The position numbers and the translations under genes are program-made. From contig NZ_JABEZU010000002.1 of the NCBI RefSeq assembly GCF_013149785.1, forward strand, positions 372,001 to 436,000: a DNA stretch of 64,000 nt, read 5' to 3'. Of this stretch, positions 47,190-59,800 are shown one piece after another (positions within the stretch are counted from its first letter, which is position 1; each line of letters begins with the position of its first letter). The notes under the pieces are model-generated. The model had not been told where the DNA came from, did no database searches, and saw only the letters and a list, made by a program, of their open reading frames with translations. The DNA is from Isoptericola halotolerans. GTDB lineage: Bacteria > Actinomycetota > Actinomycetes > Actinomycetales > Cellulomonadaceae.

Positions 47190-50100
47190 GTGCTCACCTC
47201 GCACCGGACCTCCAGGGGCGGCCGTTCCGCCCCCCGCACCACTCGTCTCGCCATGCTGCGGCATCGGATGGCCGGCCTCGCCGTGCTGCTGGTCGCCGCG
47301 CTGGTCGGCAGCGTCGCGATCGCGATGCCCGCGCACGCGGAGACGGTCTACGAGCTCGAGGGCGAGTGGGAGGACACCACGCCCGATGTTGTGCAGACCG
47401 GTGACTCCATCGCCGCGAAGTGGTGGGCGAACCTCAACGACGACGCCGAGGCCCCGGGCAACGAGCCGGTGGACAACGTGACGATCACGGTCACGGCCGT
47501 CGGGGCTGTCTTCGAGGAGATCCCGCCCGTCTGTCTGACGGAGGGAGTCGATCCACCGTCCGAGATCCTGGACGACGGTGTGACGCTGGTGTGCAACGGC
47601 GGCACGTTCGACGAGGGCACCGCGCTGACGCTCGACACGCCCGTACGTGTGACCGCCGTGGACGGCGAGCCGGTCTCGATGTCGGCGGTCTTCGAGGACC
47701 AGGCGGCGGAGCTTCCCGAGCTTGCGGTGGAGAACCAGTTCTTCATGGACATCGCCTGGGAGCAGAACGCCAACCAGAAGGAGCGCGTCGACGGTGCACG
47801 TGACCTGAAGTTCAACTGGTCGCTGTTCCACGGTGCCTTCAGCCCCGATGGGCCGGATGAGATCACCTACACGCTGAACCTGACCAACTCGGTCGGCGAT
47901 CCGATGTCGGTCGGGCCGGAGGGTTGCTCCGCGTTCGCCGCCGGGACGGCGACCGGGCACCCGTGGTCTGGTGGTGACTATCCGGCGGAGCAGACGGCCC
48001 CCTTCGTCGACTCCTGCACCCTGACTCATCAGGGAGGCGGCGAGTTCGAGCTCGTACTCACGGGAATCGACTACAGCCACACCCAGGTGCCGGAACAGGA
48101 CTCGACGGGGAACCTGCTTCCCACCTCTCGCGTGGTGGTGGCCTCCGGTGAGGTGCAGATCCGGGTGACGACGGAGGAGACCGCCGGACAGATCTCCCTG
48201 GAATCGGATGCCCCCGAGTACACCGCTTCGACGGGAGCGGTGATCACTGACGACCCTGACAACAACACCTCGGTGAACAACTGGGTCACCGGCTTCGACA
48301 ATGCGGGCTGGTGGCCTCGCTACACAGGTTCGGGCGCGTCGCAGTGGACGGACACGTATCGGGTAGCGCCGGGAACGGAGGTGCAGTCCACGGTCGGTGG
48401 CAACTATGCGAACTATGCCGACCCGAACCCTCAGGGCGGGCTGTGCACGATCCTCGACACGCGCTACGTCACCTACACGGGCCACGTCACTGTCAATGCC
48501 AACGCTAGTGCCGCGGCGCTCGACCTGCCGGTCGAGTACTACGTGGGCACCGCGTCCCTCCTTGATCCGGACAGCCCTTCCTATGATCCGAACGCCTCCG
48601 AGGTCTGCGGGCAGGCGGCGGGGTGGGTGAGCGATCCTCCCGCGGACCTGTCCACCGTCCGTGCGGTGCGCACCGAGTTCAACCCCAACACCGATGTCCC
48701 GGGTTCGGCGTGGCCCGCCCTGCGGGTCACGCAGGAGATCAACGCGGATGTCGACCCGGGCCAGGACATCTGGACCTGGGCTGCCGTCCGGAACGTCAAC
48801 ACTGGCAACTGGGGCTACCGGAGCCGCAGCATGGACCCGGACGATGTGGGTGTGCTGGGAACGCTGACGCCGGACTCGCGGTACCCCTTCACCTCCAACC
48901 ACCGAGACGTGCTGCGGATCTCGACAGTGTTTCCCGACGTGACCAAGTCGGTGTCCCCGTCGACGGTGGATCCGGGAGGATCGGCGACATACACCGTGGA
49001 GTACGCCGCAGAGGGTTCCGGGGAGATCTCGCCCACGGTGGACGGGTTCGTCATCGAGGACACGTTGCCCGACGGACTGGTGTATGTGCCAGGGTCGTCG
49101 GTTCCCGGGCCGGAGCCCGTGGTCGACGGCAATACGCTGACCTGGACGATCGACGGCGTGCCGACGAACGAGGACCAGACCCTGACGTACGAGGTCGAGG
49201 CCGACGAGGACGTGGATCCGGGTGCGCGCCTGGTGAACAGCGTCGAAGCCAGCGTCGCTGGTCTGACGAGCGAGCCGGCGACGGCGTCGGTCACGGTCAA
49301 CGCCGCAGGTTCGACGTCGATCCTCAAGACGGCGGATCAGGCGTTCATCCCGAACATCGACGGTGACGGTGCCGGTGAGGGTTCCTGGACGGTGGACGTG
49401 GTCTCGGAGGACCCGCTGCCGCAGGAGTTCACGGACACGATCGACATCCTGCCGTACAACGGGGACGGCCGAGGCACGGACATGGCCGGCACGTACGAGC
49501 TCTCGGGCCCGGTGTCGGTCAACATGGGGGCGACCGTCTACTACACGACGGCCGACCCGGCCACGCTGACCGACGACCCCGCCGACCCCGCCAACGGTGC
49601 GGCCGGCGACCCCTCCGGCAACACGGTGGGCTGGACCACGACGTTCACGGCGGACGCGACGGCGGTGCGCGTCATCACCGACGAGCTGGAGCCGCGCGGT
49701 GCGTTCAACGTCACGATCCCGATCGTGACGGAGGGCATGGACAGCGGCGACGTGCTGGTCAACCGGGCCCAGGGCCGGGCGGAGAACACCCGCCTGGTGA
49801 TGCGGACCTCGGCGGAGACGCAGATCGCGACCTACTACTCGGCGAACCTGAAGAAGTACGTCCAGGACGTCGAGGGTGAGTGGCAGGACGCACAGGAGCC
49901 GGGAACCGGCCCCGAGTTCCACATCGGGGACACGATCCCGTACCGGATCGTGGTGGAGAACACCGGCCAGGGGACGCTGACCAACATCGAGGTCACGGAC
50001 GACCTGTACCCCGAGCTCGGCTCGTTCACGATCGACGTGCTGGAACCGGGCGAGACCTACACCCACGAGTTCGAGATCGTGCTGACCGAACCCGTCGGGG

Positions 50101-53100
50101 AGGACGACGTCGTCAACACGGCGTGCGCCGAGTCCGACATCCCGGACGACTCGGTGGACGAGAACGGCGACCCGCTGGCGCCGGAGATCAACTGCGACCC
50201 GGCACGGTTCACCCCGCTGGGCGACACCTCGCACACCAAGGACCTGGTCTCGGCCACGCCGATCGGTGACGGGCAGTGGGAGATCGTCTACGAGATCGTG
50301 GTGGAGAGCCTGCAGACGCCGGCCGCGCAGTACGCGCTGGCCGACGAGCTGCACTTCACCGACCAGGCGACGATCACCTCGGCCGAGGTGACGTCGTCGC
50401 CCGCCGGCGTGACGCTCTTCGACCCGGCGTGGGACGGTCAGGGCAACCTGGTGATCACGGACTTCGCCGAGATCGAGGGCGTCGACAACCCCGACTACGA
50501 GCCGCACGTGTACGAGCTGACCGTGGTGGCCGACGTGCCGCTGCAGCTCGAGGGTGCCGGTTCGGGCGATGACGACCCGACGGCGTGCGGCGCTGAGGAC
50601 GGCGAGCCCGAGGACCGGGCCTTCACGAACACCTCGGAGCTGACCAAGTCCACCGGCGAGACCGAGGTGGACGAGGCCTGTGCCGAGATCCCCTCGATCG
50701 ACATCACGAAGTACGTCTCGGACGGCCCGGTGCCGAACGGTGACGGGACGTGGACGGTGACGTACGACGTCGTGGCCACGAACGACGGTGCCGCTGACGG
50801 CACCTACGAGGTGTCGGACCGGATGACCGCTGACGGTGACATGGAGGTGGTCTCGGGTGCCGTGACGTCGGCTCCGGACGGTGTGACGCCGAACGCATCC
50901 TGGACAGGTCTGGGTGCCGAGGGCGACGCGGAGAACGTCATCGCCTCGGACGTGACGCTGTCTGCAGGTGGGACGCACACGTACGAGATCGAGGTCGTGA
51001 TCGGGATCGCCGAGGGCGCTGAGGGTCAACCGGTCATCACGCCATGCGACGAGCTGGGTGAAGACGGCCCGGGCGGCCTGTCCAACGCGGCGCAGATCGA
51101 GCACAACGACCTGACGGACGAGGACACGGCGTGCGTGACGATCGCCTACATCATCATGGACAAGTCGGTCGGTGCCGGCCCGACGCCGAACGGTGACGGG
51201 ACGTTCACGATCGTCTACGACATCGTCGCGGAGAACATCGGTTCGGACGCTGGGGACTACGACCTGTTCGACCGGCTGGACTACGGCGAGGGGATCGAGA
51301 TCCTCGACGCCGGGGTGGTCACGACTCCGGACGGGGTCGTGAGCAACACGTCGTGGACCGGCCTGGGGGTGGCGATCACCGATCCCGAGAACTCGGTCGT
51401 CGAGGGCGTGACACTGGCTGCTGGCGCGAGCCACACGTATCAGGTCGAGGTCACGGTCGAGATGGACCAGGACACGATCGATCCGTCGGTGCTGGAGTGC
51501 CCGCCGCCTGGTAGCGGTGAGGCAGGGGGCCTGGCGAACTCGGCGTCGTTGAACCACAACGGGATCGTGGCCGTGGACGACGCGTGCGCGTCCTTGCCGC
51601 TGATCGATGTCGCCAAGTCCATCGCGGACGGTCCGGAGCCGAACGGTGACGGGACGTGGACGATCGTCTACGAGCTCGTCGCCACGAACTCCGGTCAGGC
51701 TCCGGGCGACTACGACCTGGTCGACCGCCTGCTGTACGGCGAGGGCGTCGTGGTGGAGTCTGCCGCGGTGACCGCGCCGGACGGGGTGGCGACCAATGCG
51801 TCGTGGACCGGACTGGGTGCCGAGGGCGCGGCGGAGAACGTCATCGCCACGGACGTCACCCTGGCTGAGGACAGCGACCACACCTACCAGGTGGACGTCA
51901 CGGTGTCCTTGGACCGCGAGACGGTCACCCCGGGGGCGCTCGACTGCCCGGAGCCGGGCTCGGGCCAGAGCGGCGGTCTGGCGAACTCGACGGAGCTCAC
52001 CCACAACGGTGAGGTTCGCGACGACGAGGTGTGTGCTCCGTTGCCGCTGATCGACCTCACCAAGTCCCTGGCGGGCGCGGTGATGCCGGTCGACGGCGAG
52101 GACGGCGTCTACGACGTCACCTACTCGCTGGAGGTCACCAACCGCGGTCCCGGTGCCGGGTCGTACGACCTGTCCGACACCCTCACCCCCGGTGAGGGCA
52201 TCGAGGTCATCGGTGTTCAGGACGTGTCGACCGACGCGCCCGACGCCGATCTCAACGGCGGCTTCGACGGCATCGACGACACCGTGATCGTCACGGACCA
52301 GGCCATCGCGGGGGCAGACGGCGGACCCGTCGTCCACGAGTACCTGGTGACGGTCCGCTACAGCGCCGACCTGTTCGGCGTCGAGGTGCCCACCGACGAC
52401 GTCTGCAGCTCGGACGGCGTGCCGGTCGCCGGTGCCCTGCACAACGGGGCCACCGCGGACTGGAACGGGATCACGGAGGAAGACGAGGAGTGCATCCGTG
52501 CCGGCAAGCCGACGATCGACAAGGAGCTGACCTCCGCGGCCCCGATCGGTGACGGTCAGTGGGAGGTCGTCTACGACATCACCGTCGGCAACGTCGGTGG
52601 CGAGGCGACGACCTACGACCTGGACGACCGGCTGCTCTTCGCGGCGGAGGTCACGGTCGACGAGGTCGGTGTCACCGGACCCGAGGGCGTGGCGGTCAGC
52701 GACACGTTCGACGGCATCGACGACACCCGCATCGCGACGGGGGTGAGCATCGCCGGGCTGGACTCGGACGGCTACGCGCCGCACGTGTACACGGTGACGG
52801 TGATCGCGGACGTCCCGCTGCAGTTCGGCGAGGCGGGCCCGGACGGTACCGGTTCTCCGGACTGCACCGAGCCCGGTGGGTCGAACATGCTCGAGCAGGG
52901 TCTGAACAACGCTGCGACGTTGACCGACGAGAACGGCAACGAGACCGTCGACACGGACTGCGGTCCGCTGCCGTCGATCTCGATCGACAAGCAGCTCGTC
53001 GGTGACCCGAGCGAGAGCGGTGGCACGTGGACGGTGACGTACGAGATCACGGCGACCAACGACGGCGCGGCCGAGGGCATCTACACCCTCACCGACCGTC

Positions 53101-53588
53101 TGCGGTTCGGTGCCGGTCTGGACATCACGTCCGCGGCCGTGACCTCCACGCCTGAGGGCGTGACGGCGTCGGGCTCCTGGACGGGTCAGGGAGACGCCGG
53201 TGCCGCCGCGAACGTGGTGGCCACCGACGTGGCGCTGGACGCCGGGACCACCCACACCTACGAGGTGCAGGTCACCGCGGACCTCGACGCCGGGCAGGCG
53301 GACGCCACGACGTTCACCTGCGAGGTGGGCGAGGGTGGCGGTCCCGCAGGGTTCCGCAACGTCGCCGGGATCGACCACAACGGGAACTCGGCGCAGGACG
53401 CCGCGTGCGCCACCCCGGACGAGCCTGGTGACCCGTCGACGCCGGGCACCCCCACCACTCCGTCCGGTCCGGGCAGCCTGCCCGTCACCGGCGCCATGGT
53501 GGGCTGGTTCGCCGCAGCGGCGATCCTGCTGATGCTGCTCGGCACGGCGGTCGTCCTGAGGGTCCGGCACCGCAGGCTGCACGGGTAG
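47190..53588 (+). CDS. Giant sortase-anchored repeat protein (DUF11/Ig-like repeats), about 2130 aa
   Basis: RBS AAGGAAAGG, signal peptide ending AHA, DUF11-like VTKSVSPSTVDPG..ATYT motif, seven ~150-aa C-terminal repeats, and LPVTG + TM + basic tail. Confidence 0.88.
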   Translation: MLTSHRTSRGGRSAPRTTRLAMLRHRMAGLAVLLVAALVGSVAIAMPAHAETVYELEGEWEDTTPDVVQTGDSIAAKWWANLNDDAEAPGNEPVDNVTITVTAVGAVFEEIPPVCLTEGVDPPSEILDDGVTLVCNGGTFDEGTALTLDTPVRVTAVDGEPVSMSAVFEDQAAELPELAVENQFFMDIAWEQNANQKERVDGARDLKFNWSLFHGAFSPDGPDEITYTLNLTNSVGDPMSVGPEGCSAFAAGTATGHPWSGGDYPAEQTAPFVDSCTLTHQGGGEFELVLTGIDYSHTQVPEQDSTGNLLPTSRVVVASGEVQIRVTTEETAGQISLESDAPEYTASTGAVITDDPDNNTSVNNWVTGFDNAGWWPRYTGSGASQWTDTYRVAPGTEVQSTVGGNYANYADPNPQGGLCTILDTRYVTYTGHVTVNANASAAALDLPVEYYVGTASLLDPDSPSYDPNASEVCGQAAGWVSDPPADLSTVRAVRTEFNPNTDVPGSAWPALRVTQEINADVDPGQDIWTWAAVRNVNTGNWGYRSRSMDPDDVGVLGTLTPDSRYPFTSNHRDVLRISTVFPDVTKSVSPSTVDPGGSATYTVEYAAEGSGEISPTVDGFVIEDTLPDGLVYVPGSSVPGPEPVVDGNTLTWTIDGVPTNEDQTLTYEVEADEDVDPGARLVNSVEASVAGLTSEPATASVTVNAAGSTSILKTADQAFIPNIDGDGAGEGSWTVDVVSEDPLPQEFTDTIDILPYNGDGRGTDMAGTYELSGPVSVNMGATVYYTTADPATLTDDPADPANGAAGDPSGNTVGWTTTFTADATAVRVITDELEPRGAFNVTIPIVTEGMDSGDVLVNRAQGRAENTRLVMRTSAETQIATYYSANLKKYVQDVEGEWQDAQEPGTGPEFHIGDTIPYRIVVENTGQGTLTNIEVTDDLYPELGSFTIDVLEPGETYTHEFEIVLTEPVGEDDVVNTACAESDIPDDSVDENGDPLAPEINCDPARFTPLGDTSHTKDLVSATPIGDGQWEIVYEIVVESLQTPAAQYALADELHFTDQATITSAEVTSSPAGVTLFDPAWDGQGNLVITDFAEIEGVDNPDYEPHVYELTVVADVPLQLEGAGSGDDDPTACGAEDGEPEDRAFTNTSELTKSTGETEVDEACAEIPSIDITKYVSDGPVPNGDGTWTVTYDVVATNDGAADGTYEVSDRMTADGDMEVVSGAVTSAPDGVTPNASWTGLGAEGDAENVIASDVTLSAGGTHTYEIEVVIGIAEGAEGQPVITPCDELGEDGPGGLSNAAQIEHNDLTDEDTACVTIAYIIMDKSVGAGPTPNGDGTFTIVYDIVAENIGSDAGDYDLFDRLDYGEGIEILDAGVVTTPDGVVSNTSWTGLGVAITDPENSVVEGVTLAAGASHTYQVEVTVEMDQDTIDPSVLECPPPGSGEAGGLANSASLNHNGIVAVDDACASLPLIDVAKSIADGPEPNGDGTWTIVYELVATNSGQAPGDYDLVDRLLYGEGVVVESAAVTAPDGVATNASWTGLGAEGAAENVIATDVTLAEDSDHTYQVDVTVSLDRETVTPGALDCPEPGSGQSGGLANSTELTHNGEVRDDEVCAPLPLIDLTKSLAGAVMPVDGEDGVYDVTYSLEVTNRGPGAGSYDLSDTLTPGEGIEVIGVQDVSTDAPDADLNGGFDGIDDTVIVTDQAIAGADGGPVVHEYLVTVRYSADLFGVEVPTDDVCSSDGVPVAGALHNGATADWNGITEEDEECIRAGKPTIDKELTSAAPIGDGQWEVVYDITVGNVGGEATTYDLDDRLLFAAEVTVDEVGVTGPEGVAVSDTFDGIDDTRIATGVSIAGLDSDGYAPHVYTVTVIADVPLQFGEAGPDGTGSPDCTEPGGSNMLEQGLNNAATLTDENGNETVDTDCGPLPSISIDKQLVGDPSESGGTWTVTYEITATNDGAAEGIYTLTDRLRFGAGLDITSAAVTSTPEGVTASGSWTGQGDAGAAANVVATDVALDAGTTHTYEVQVTADLDAGQADATTFTCEVGEGGGPAGFRNVAGIDHNGNSAQDAACATPDEPGDPSTPGTPTTPSGPGSLPVTGAMVGWFAAAAILLMLLGTAVVLRVRHRRLHG

Positions 53589-53608
53589 CCGACAGCCTCG
53601 GTCGACGC

Positions 53609-53651
53609 ACGACGGCGCCGCTCACCCTGCACGGGTGGGCGGCGCCGTCGT
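53609..53651 (+). terminator. GC-rich hairpin after giant surface protein 1
   Basis: ACGACGGCGCCGC-TCACCC...GGGTGG-GCGGCGCCGTCGT. Confidence 0.7.
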
Positions 53652-53715
53652 CGTGCACGGGCCGTGCTCGTGCCTCCTCCAGATCGCAGCGTGGGGCGGG
53701 ACAAGGCCGATGGTA

Positions 53716-53731
53716 TGTGGCGTACATCACA
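53716..53731. promoter_or_regulatory. CRP/GlxR-like box
   Basis: TGTGG-CGTACA-TCACA (9/10), about 100 nt upstream of ATG 53835. Confidence 0.65.
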
Positions 53732-53834
53732 CCGTGCCGGCGTCACGCCGAGAGCGGCGCGAGGTCTTGCCCCGTGGACAACCACTGCAGTTGCGACACA
53801 TCGGGCGCTAGCGACCGGACGTCGAGAGGGAGAC

Positions 53835-56800
53835 ATGACGAGGCGAGCACCACGGCACGGCGTGACAGGAGCGACGGCACGTCGAGGACGAGGCGGAGCA
53901 CGTCTCCTGACCCAGAGGCATCGACGTGGCTGGTCGATCCTGGGGGTCTTCGCGCTCGCGCTGCCGTTGGTGGCCGTACCGGCCACGTCCGCCTCGGCAG
54001 CGACCTGGGGCATCCAGAAGATGGAGACCAGCGCCGGTCCCTACGCCCCCGGCCAGGACGTGCAGTGGCTCGTGACCGTCTCCTGCTCGGACCCGAACCA
54101 GGACCCGTGCACGAACGCCGTCCTCAGCGACCCGATGCCCGACGGTGTCGAGCTCGTGAGCGCCACGATCCAGAACCAGGGCAGCTCGGACGGGCAGATC
54201 GACGCCGACCTGGAGACCGACACTGTCACCTACACGGCGCCGTCCGTGGACAACGGCACGCAGGTCCAGATCGCCATCACCGGGCGTATCGATCCCGACC
54301 TGCCGTACAGCGCCTCGGGTGTGCCGATCACCAACACGGCGACGGTCGACGCCGACAACGCCGACGAGGTCAGCGCCGAGGACGACATCGTCCCGGTCGT
54401 CGAGCTCGTCCTGGGCTCCGAGACCACCAAGTCGATCGACCCGGGGGGTGCGCTCGCCGAGCCCGGCACGCCGGCGACGATGACGCTGGGAGCCACCAAC
54501 ACCTCCAACGACGCGGTCGACACCCTGGTGGTCCAGGACCCGGCGGACCCGACCGCCGACCCGAACCCCTTCGACTACCTCGAGTACACCGGCACGGGCG
54601 ACATCACCCTCCCGCCGGACGCGGACACCGTGACCACCGAGTACTGGGACGGCGACTCCTGGGAGACGCTCGACGGCGCGGTGGACCCGAGCACCGTCCA
54701 GGGTGTGCGCTACACGTTCAGCGGTGACATCCAGCCTGGTGCCACGGCGACCATCCCGGTCGAGGTCCAGCAGAGCGAGGCCGTGACGGAGCTGACGGAA
54801 GCGACCACCGTCGTGAACGAGGTCTCCTCGTACGTCACCCACCCCGAGGGCGACTCGGAGCCGACGACGGCGCAGGACGACTACGTCATCACCCCGCCGA
54901 ACAACGCGGTGACCGCGTCGAAGTCGTTCGACCCCGCCACCGTGAGCGCCGGCGACCCGACGACGGTCACCCTCGGCGCCACGAACGACGGCACCCAGGT
55001 GGGTTCGCTGACCATCACCGAGCCGTCTCCTGGGACGGACAGCCCGTTCGAGGGCGAGTCCGCACTGACGTTCACCGGGTTCGGCACGGACGGTGCCGGT
55101 GCCGGGATCGTCTGGCCGGCGGACGCCACCGAGGTCACGGTGACCTTCACGTGTGCCGACGGGGCCACGTCCAGCGAGAGCACGACGACGGCGAACACCC
55201 TGCCCGCTCCGCCCGACGGGTGCGAGCTGGTCGGCTTCTCGGTCGAGTTCACCGGCGACATCGTCTCCAGCGCCGAGGCGACCATCCCGTTCACGGCGGA
55301 CACCGACCCCGACCAGCAGCTCGACGACGTCACGCACACGAACCAGATCACCGCGCAGGTGCCGAACGCCGAGGACACGGCCACCGCGGAGCTGGTCACC
55401 CTCAACGACCGCCTGGCGACCGAGACGACGAAGTCGATCACGCCGTCGACCATCCCGGCGGTGCCGGGCCAGGGCGTCATCGTGCAGCTGCCGACCCAGC
55501 TGCTGCCGTTCGGCCCGGACGGGTCCACCACCAACGCCGACCAGATCGTCGTCCAGGACCCGACCGACCCGGCGAACCCGTCGAGCTTCTGGGACAGCTT
55601 CGCCCCCACCGAGGTGCGCAGCACCGACGTCCCGGCCGACGCGACCCTGACCGTCAGCTACTGGGACGGGTCCGACTGGGTGGCGGCCCCTGGCTGCGGG
55701 CCGTACACCGGACCCGACACCGTGAGCTGTGACCTCCCGGACGGCGCCGAGGGCGTGCAGCTCGTCTACGACTCCACCGGGAACGGCTTCGCCCCCGGCA
55801 CCCAGGTCCAGCCGAACCTCGTGGCCACGTTCACGGGGTCGACCGACCAGGACGAGACGCTCGCGAACTGCGCGGCGTCCACCGCGTCGTCGGAGGCCGT
55901 CGGGACCACGGAGCCGTCCGAGGCCTGCGCCGAGGTGACGCTCGAGCCCGTCGACCCGGGGGTGGGACCCGACCTGCTGGACAAGGAGTTCCTCGACAAC
56001 CCCGCCGACGTGGTGGCCCGCTCCGACGAGCAGGCCACGGCACGGCTCACCTGGTCCACCGGAGGATTCTCCGGCATGGAGCAGGTCGTCGTGCAGGACA
56101 CGGCCGACCCGGTCGCGGGCGACGACCCCGCCATCGCCGACTCGTTCTTCGACGCGTTCGACCTGGTGAGCATCGCGGCCGACGACCCGCTGCTCCCGTA
56201 CGACCAGATCGAGTCGGTGGAGCTGTTCGTCGACGGTGCGTGGGTCGCCGCCACCGGCGACCCGTGCCCGTGCGACGGCGGGTTCCCCGGGTACACGCTG
56301 ACCGAGGCCGAGCAGGAGTCGGCCACCTCCGTCCGGCTCACCTACGTCGAGTCGCCGACGCGCGGGACGGGCGACCCGGTCGCCCCGCAGCCGGGCGACG
56401 GCGTCGCCCGGTCCACGCAGTCGGACGGCCGGCACCTCGACCTGACGTTCCAGGTGCGGGACACCAAGCGCAGCGACGGCAGCCCGGCGCTGGGCACGAC
56501 GAACGGCACGGTGTACAACGCCGGCGACGCCGGACTGGTCAACGACACCGCCCGCGGGACGGCCACGCTCGGCGAGTCCGAGTACACCGACGTCGACGAC
56601 GACGACGTGACGATCATCGACCAGCCGCTCAACGTCGCCGTCGCCAAGGACTGGACCGGTGGCCCGATCTCCGTGCCGCCGGCGGGTACGCCCGCCGCGC
56701 TCTACCCGTCGACGACGGCGACGATCACCGGCACCAACACGTCCGCGGCGAAGGTCGACCAGCTCCGGCTCGCCGAACCGGGGATCCCCGGCTCCGGTGA

Positions 56801-59800
56801 CGTCCAGACCGCCGAGGGCACCCGGCCGTTCGACGACTTCACCCTGACGGCGATCGACCTGACCCCGCCCGCGGGGACCGACGAGATCACCGTCACCCTC
56901 ACCACCTGGGACGGCGCGACGACCACGAGCACCGACCACGTGGTCGAGGCGGACGGCACGGGGCTGCCCGCCGACCTGTCCGACGTCGTGGGCGTCGAGG
57001 TGGCCTTCGACGGTCTCGTCGAGGCCGGCGCCGACGGCGTCCTGGACCTGACCCTGCAGCTGCGCGAGGCCGACCGGTACACCGGTGAGTCGATCACCCT
57101 CGACACCCTCGAGTCGAATCCTGTGCCGAACGGCGCCGTGGCGACGATCACGGACCCGGGCGGCACCGGCGACGACGTCCGGCTCGCGTACGACGACGCC
57201 ACGATGGAGCTGCAGGACGCCGAGATCGACCTCGAGGTCGGCAAGTCGTTCGAGCCCGGCGAGATCGTCGAGCCCGGCACCGGGCCCGTGACGATGACCC
57301 TCTCCGGTCGCCCGCTCGGTCCGTCACGCACGGTCGAGATGGTGCTCACCGACGACGATCCGCAGTTCTGGAACCAGTACGACGTCGCGGGCTTCGACGG
57401 CGCGACGCTGACGGCCCCGATCGAGCAGGTGCAGGTGGACGCCTTCACCGGTGCCACCTTCACCGGCGAGGCCGGGTCGTCCGACCCGGTCGAGGTCGAC
57501 GGTGGGACCTGGGTCGAGGGGACGCCGTCGGCCACCTTCGAACTGCCCGACGGCGTCGCCCCGGGCGACGTCCAGGGCCTCCGTTTCACGTTCACCCGTG
57601 CCGACGGGTCGGTCTGGGAGAACCCGGCCCTGCCGCTGCAGGAGGTGCCGATCTCGGTCGAGCGGCGTCTCGAGATGCGCAGCGGTGGCGCGGTCCAGCA
57701 CGACCTGGTGGGCAACGACCCCGCACCGGGCGAGTCGGCACCGGGCGTCGCGAGCAACACCGTCGACGGTCAGGTGACCGGTGCCGACCTGGTGGTCGAC
57801 CCGGAGACGGGCGAGCCGGTGCCGGTGTCCGCGACGGACGCGGCTGACGCCGAGATCGTCTACGTGCACGCGACGAACGCCGTCGAGATCGTCAAGAACT
57901 TCGACGACGTCGTCTCCGGCGGCACGCAGACGCCCAACGGGGTGTTCCCGATGAACATCACGGTCACCAACACCGGCGACCGCGCGATCGTCGACCCGGT
58001 GATGGTCGACGACCCGATGCCGTCGGACGGCGACGGGGCCCAGCTCCGGCTGGCCGACGTCGACGAGCCGTTCAGCTACGTGCTCGACGGCGCAGCCCCT
58101 GACCCTGCGAACGGACCGGCCCTGCCGACCGACCCGGCTGACGTGACGGTCGACCAGACCGGTGACCTCGAGGCGCTCGAGTTCAGCTTCCCGGACGGCT
58201 CGGTGCTCGAGGTCGGACAGTCGTACACGATCACGGTGCAGGTGCAGTTCCGCCTCGGCCTGCCGGCCCAGACCCTGGTCCAGAACACCGCCGGGGTCAC
58301 CGGCGACCGGCCGTGGGACGCCTGTGAGTCCCGCCTGGACGACGAGACCGGTGCTTGCGAGGCGGACGCCGACGTGACCCCGATCCCCGCTGCGGTGCTC
58401 TCCCAGACCAAGCAGGTCAAGGCGACCGAGGACGACCAGCTCGACGTCATCGTCGACCCAGCGGCGTCGAACCCGCCGGCCGAGTGCGTGCCGGACGCTG
58501 ACGGGTTCTACTCCTACCCCTGCACCCCCGTCATCGCTCCGGGGCACAACGAGACGTGGCGGATCGAGATCAACAACGTCGGCAACCTGCCGATGGACAA
58601 GCTCGTGATCTACGACCGGCTGCCCACGCCCGGTGACACCGGGTCGTACGCGAGCTCGGCGCGGAACTCGGCGTGGGGGCCCTACCTCACCACCGACCCG
58701 CCACCGGAGCTGGTCAACGCCCCCGAGGGGTCCGAGGTGAGCTTTGCGTACTCGACCGTGCAGGACTATTGCATGGACGATCTCGAGGACGCGGCCAACG
58801 AACCCCTCTGTCCCACCGACGACCCCGAGACGGGATGGGTGCAGCTCACGGGGACCGAGTCCGACGAGCTGTTCGCGTCGATCACGGCGATCAAGATCGT
58901 CATCACGTTCCCCGAGGACGACCTGTTCCAGCCCGGCGACCACGTCGACCTGGACGGCACCACGACGACGCCGCCCGTGGCACCCGAGGCCGGTGATCTC
59001 TCGATCGCCTGGAACTCCGCCGCAGCGTCGGGGTCGGTGATCTCGAACGGCAGCACCGTCTCGATGCTGCCCACCGAGGGCACCAAGGTCGGCGTGGCCA
59101 CCGCGACGGGCTCGCTCGCCGTGGACAAGGAGGTCACCGGCCCGGGCCAGGCCTACGCCCCGGACAGCTTCGAGCTGACGGTCGAGTGCGTCTCTGCCGT
59201 CGGCACCTGGGTGGAGGCCGAGCTGGACCCGATCACCGTGACGGTGACCCCGGGGGAGCCGGTCACCGTGCCGAACCTGCCCTACGGTGCCGAGTGCACG
59301 CTGACCGAGGGTGACAATGGTCAGTCGAGCTTCACCACCGAGACGGTCACGATCGGCCAGGAGCCGGACGTCGCCGAGATCACGGCGACGAACGACTACC
59401 AGCTCACCGGCCTCGACCTCGCGAAGCTGGTGGAGAGCGACGCCGTCGACGCCACCGGTGGGGCAGTCCCGTACGGGCCGTTCGAGGTCATGGTGGAGTG
59501 CACGTTCCTCGGGGAGACCATCTACGCCGACGGCTACGACGCCGAGAACCCTATGGTCCTGACGTTGGAGGGCGGCGCGGCTCCCGTGGTGCTGGACGGG
59601 CTCCCCGTGGGGACCGAGTGCACCGTCACGGAGACCGACACGATGTCCGCGGCTTCGACGTCGATCGAGGTCAGCCAGGACGGCACCGACCCGGTCGTGA
59701 CGGACGGTACGTCGACCACGGTGGTCCTGACCGGTCTGCCGGACACCGCCGAGGAGATCCCGACATCGGTGGAGATCACCAACGTCTACGAGGTCGGAAC

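Noticed and set aside
47025..53582. 2185-aa minus-strand ORF (likewise 57324-62636, 53808-56939 and 39130-42300)
   Set aside because: Antisense shadows of real genes. GC-rich codon bias removes stop codons on the opposite strand, and the translations are R/G/H/V-rich with no motifs.
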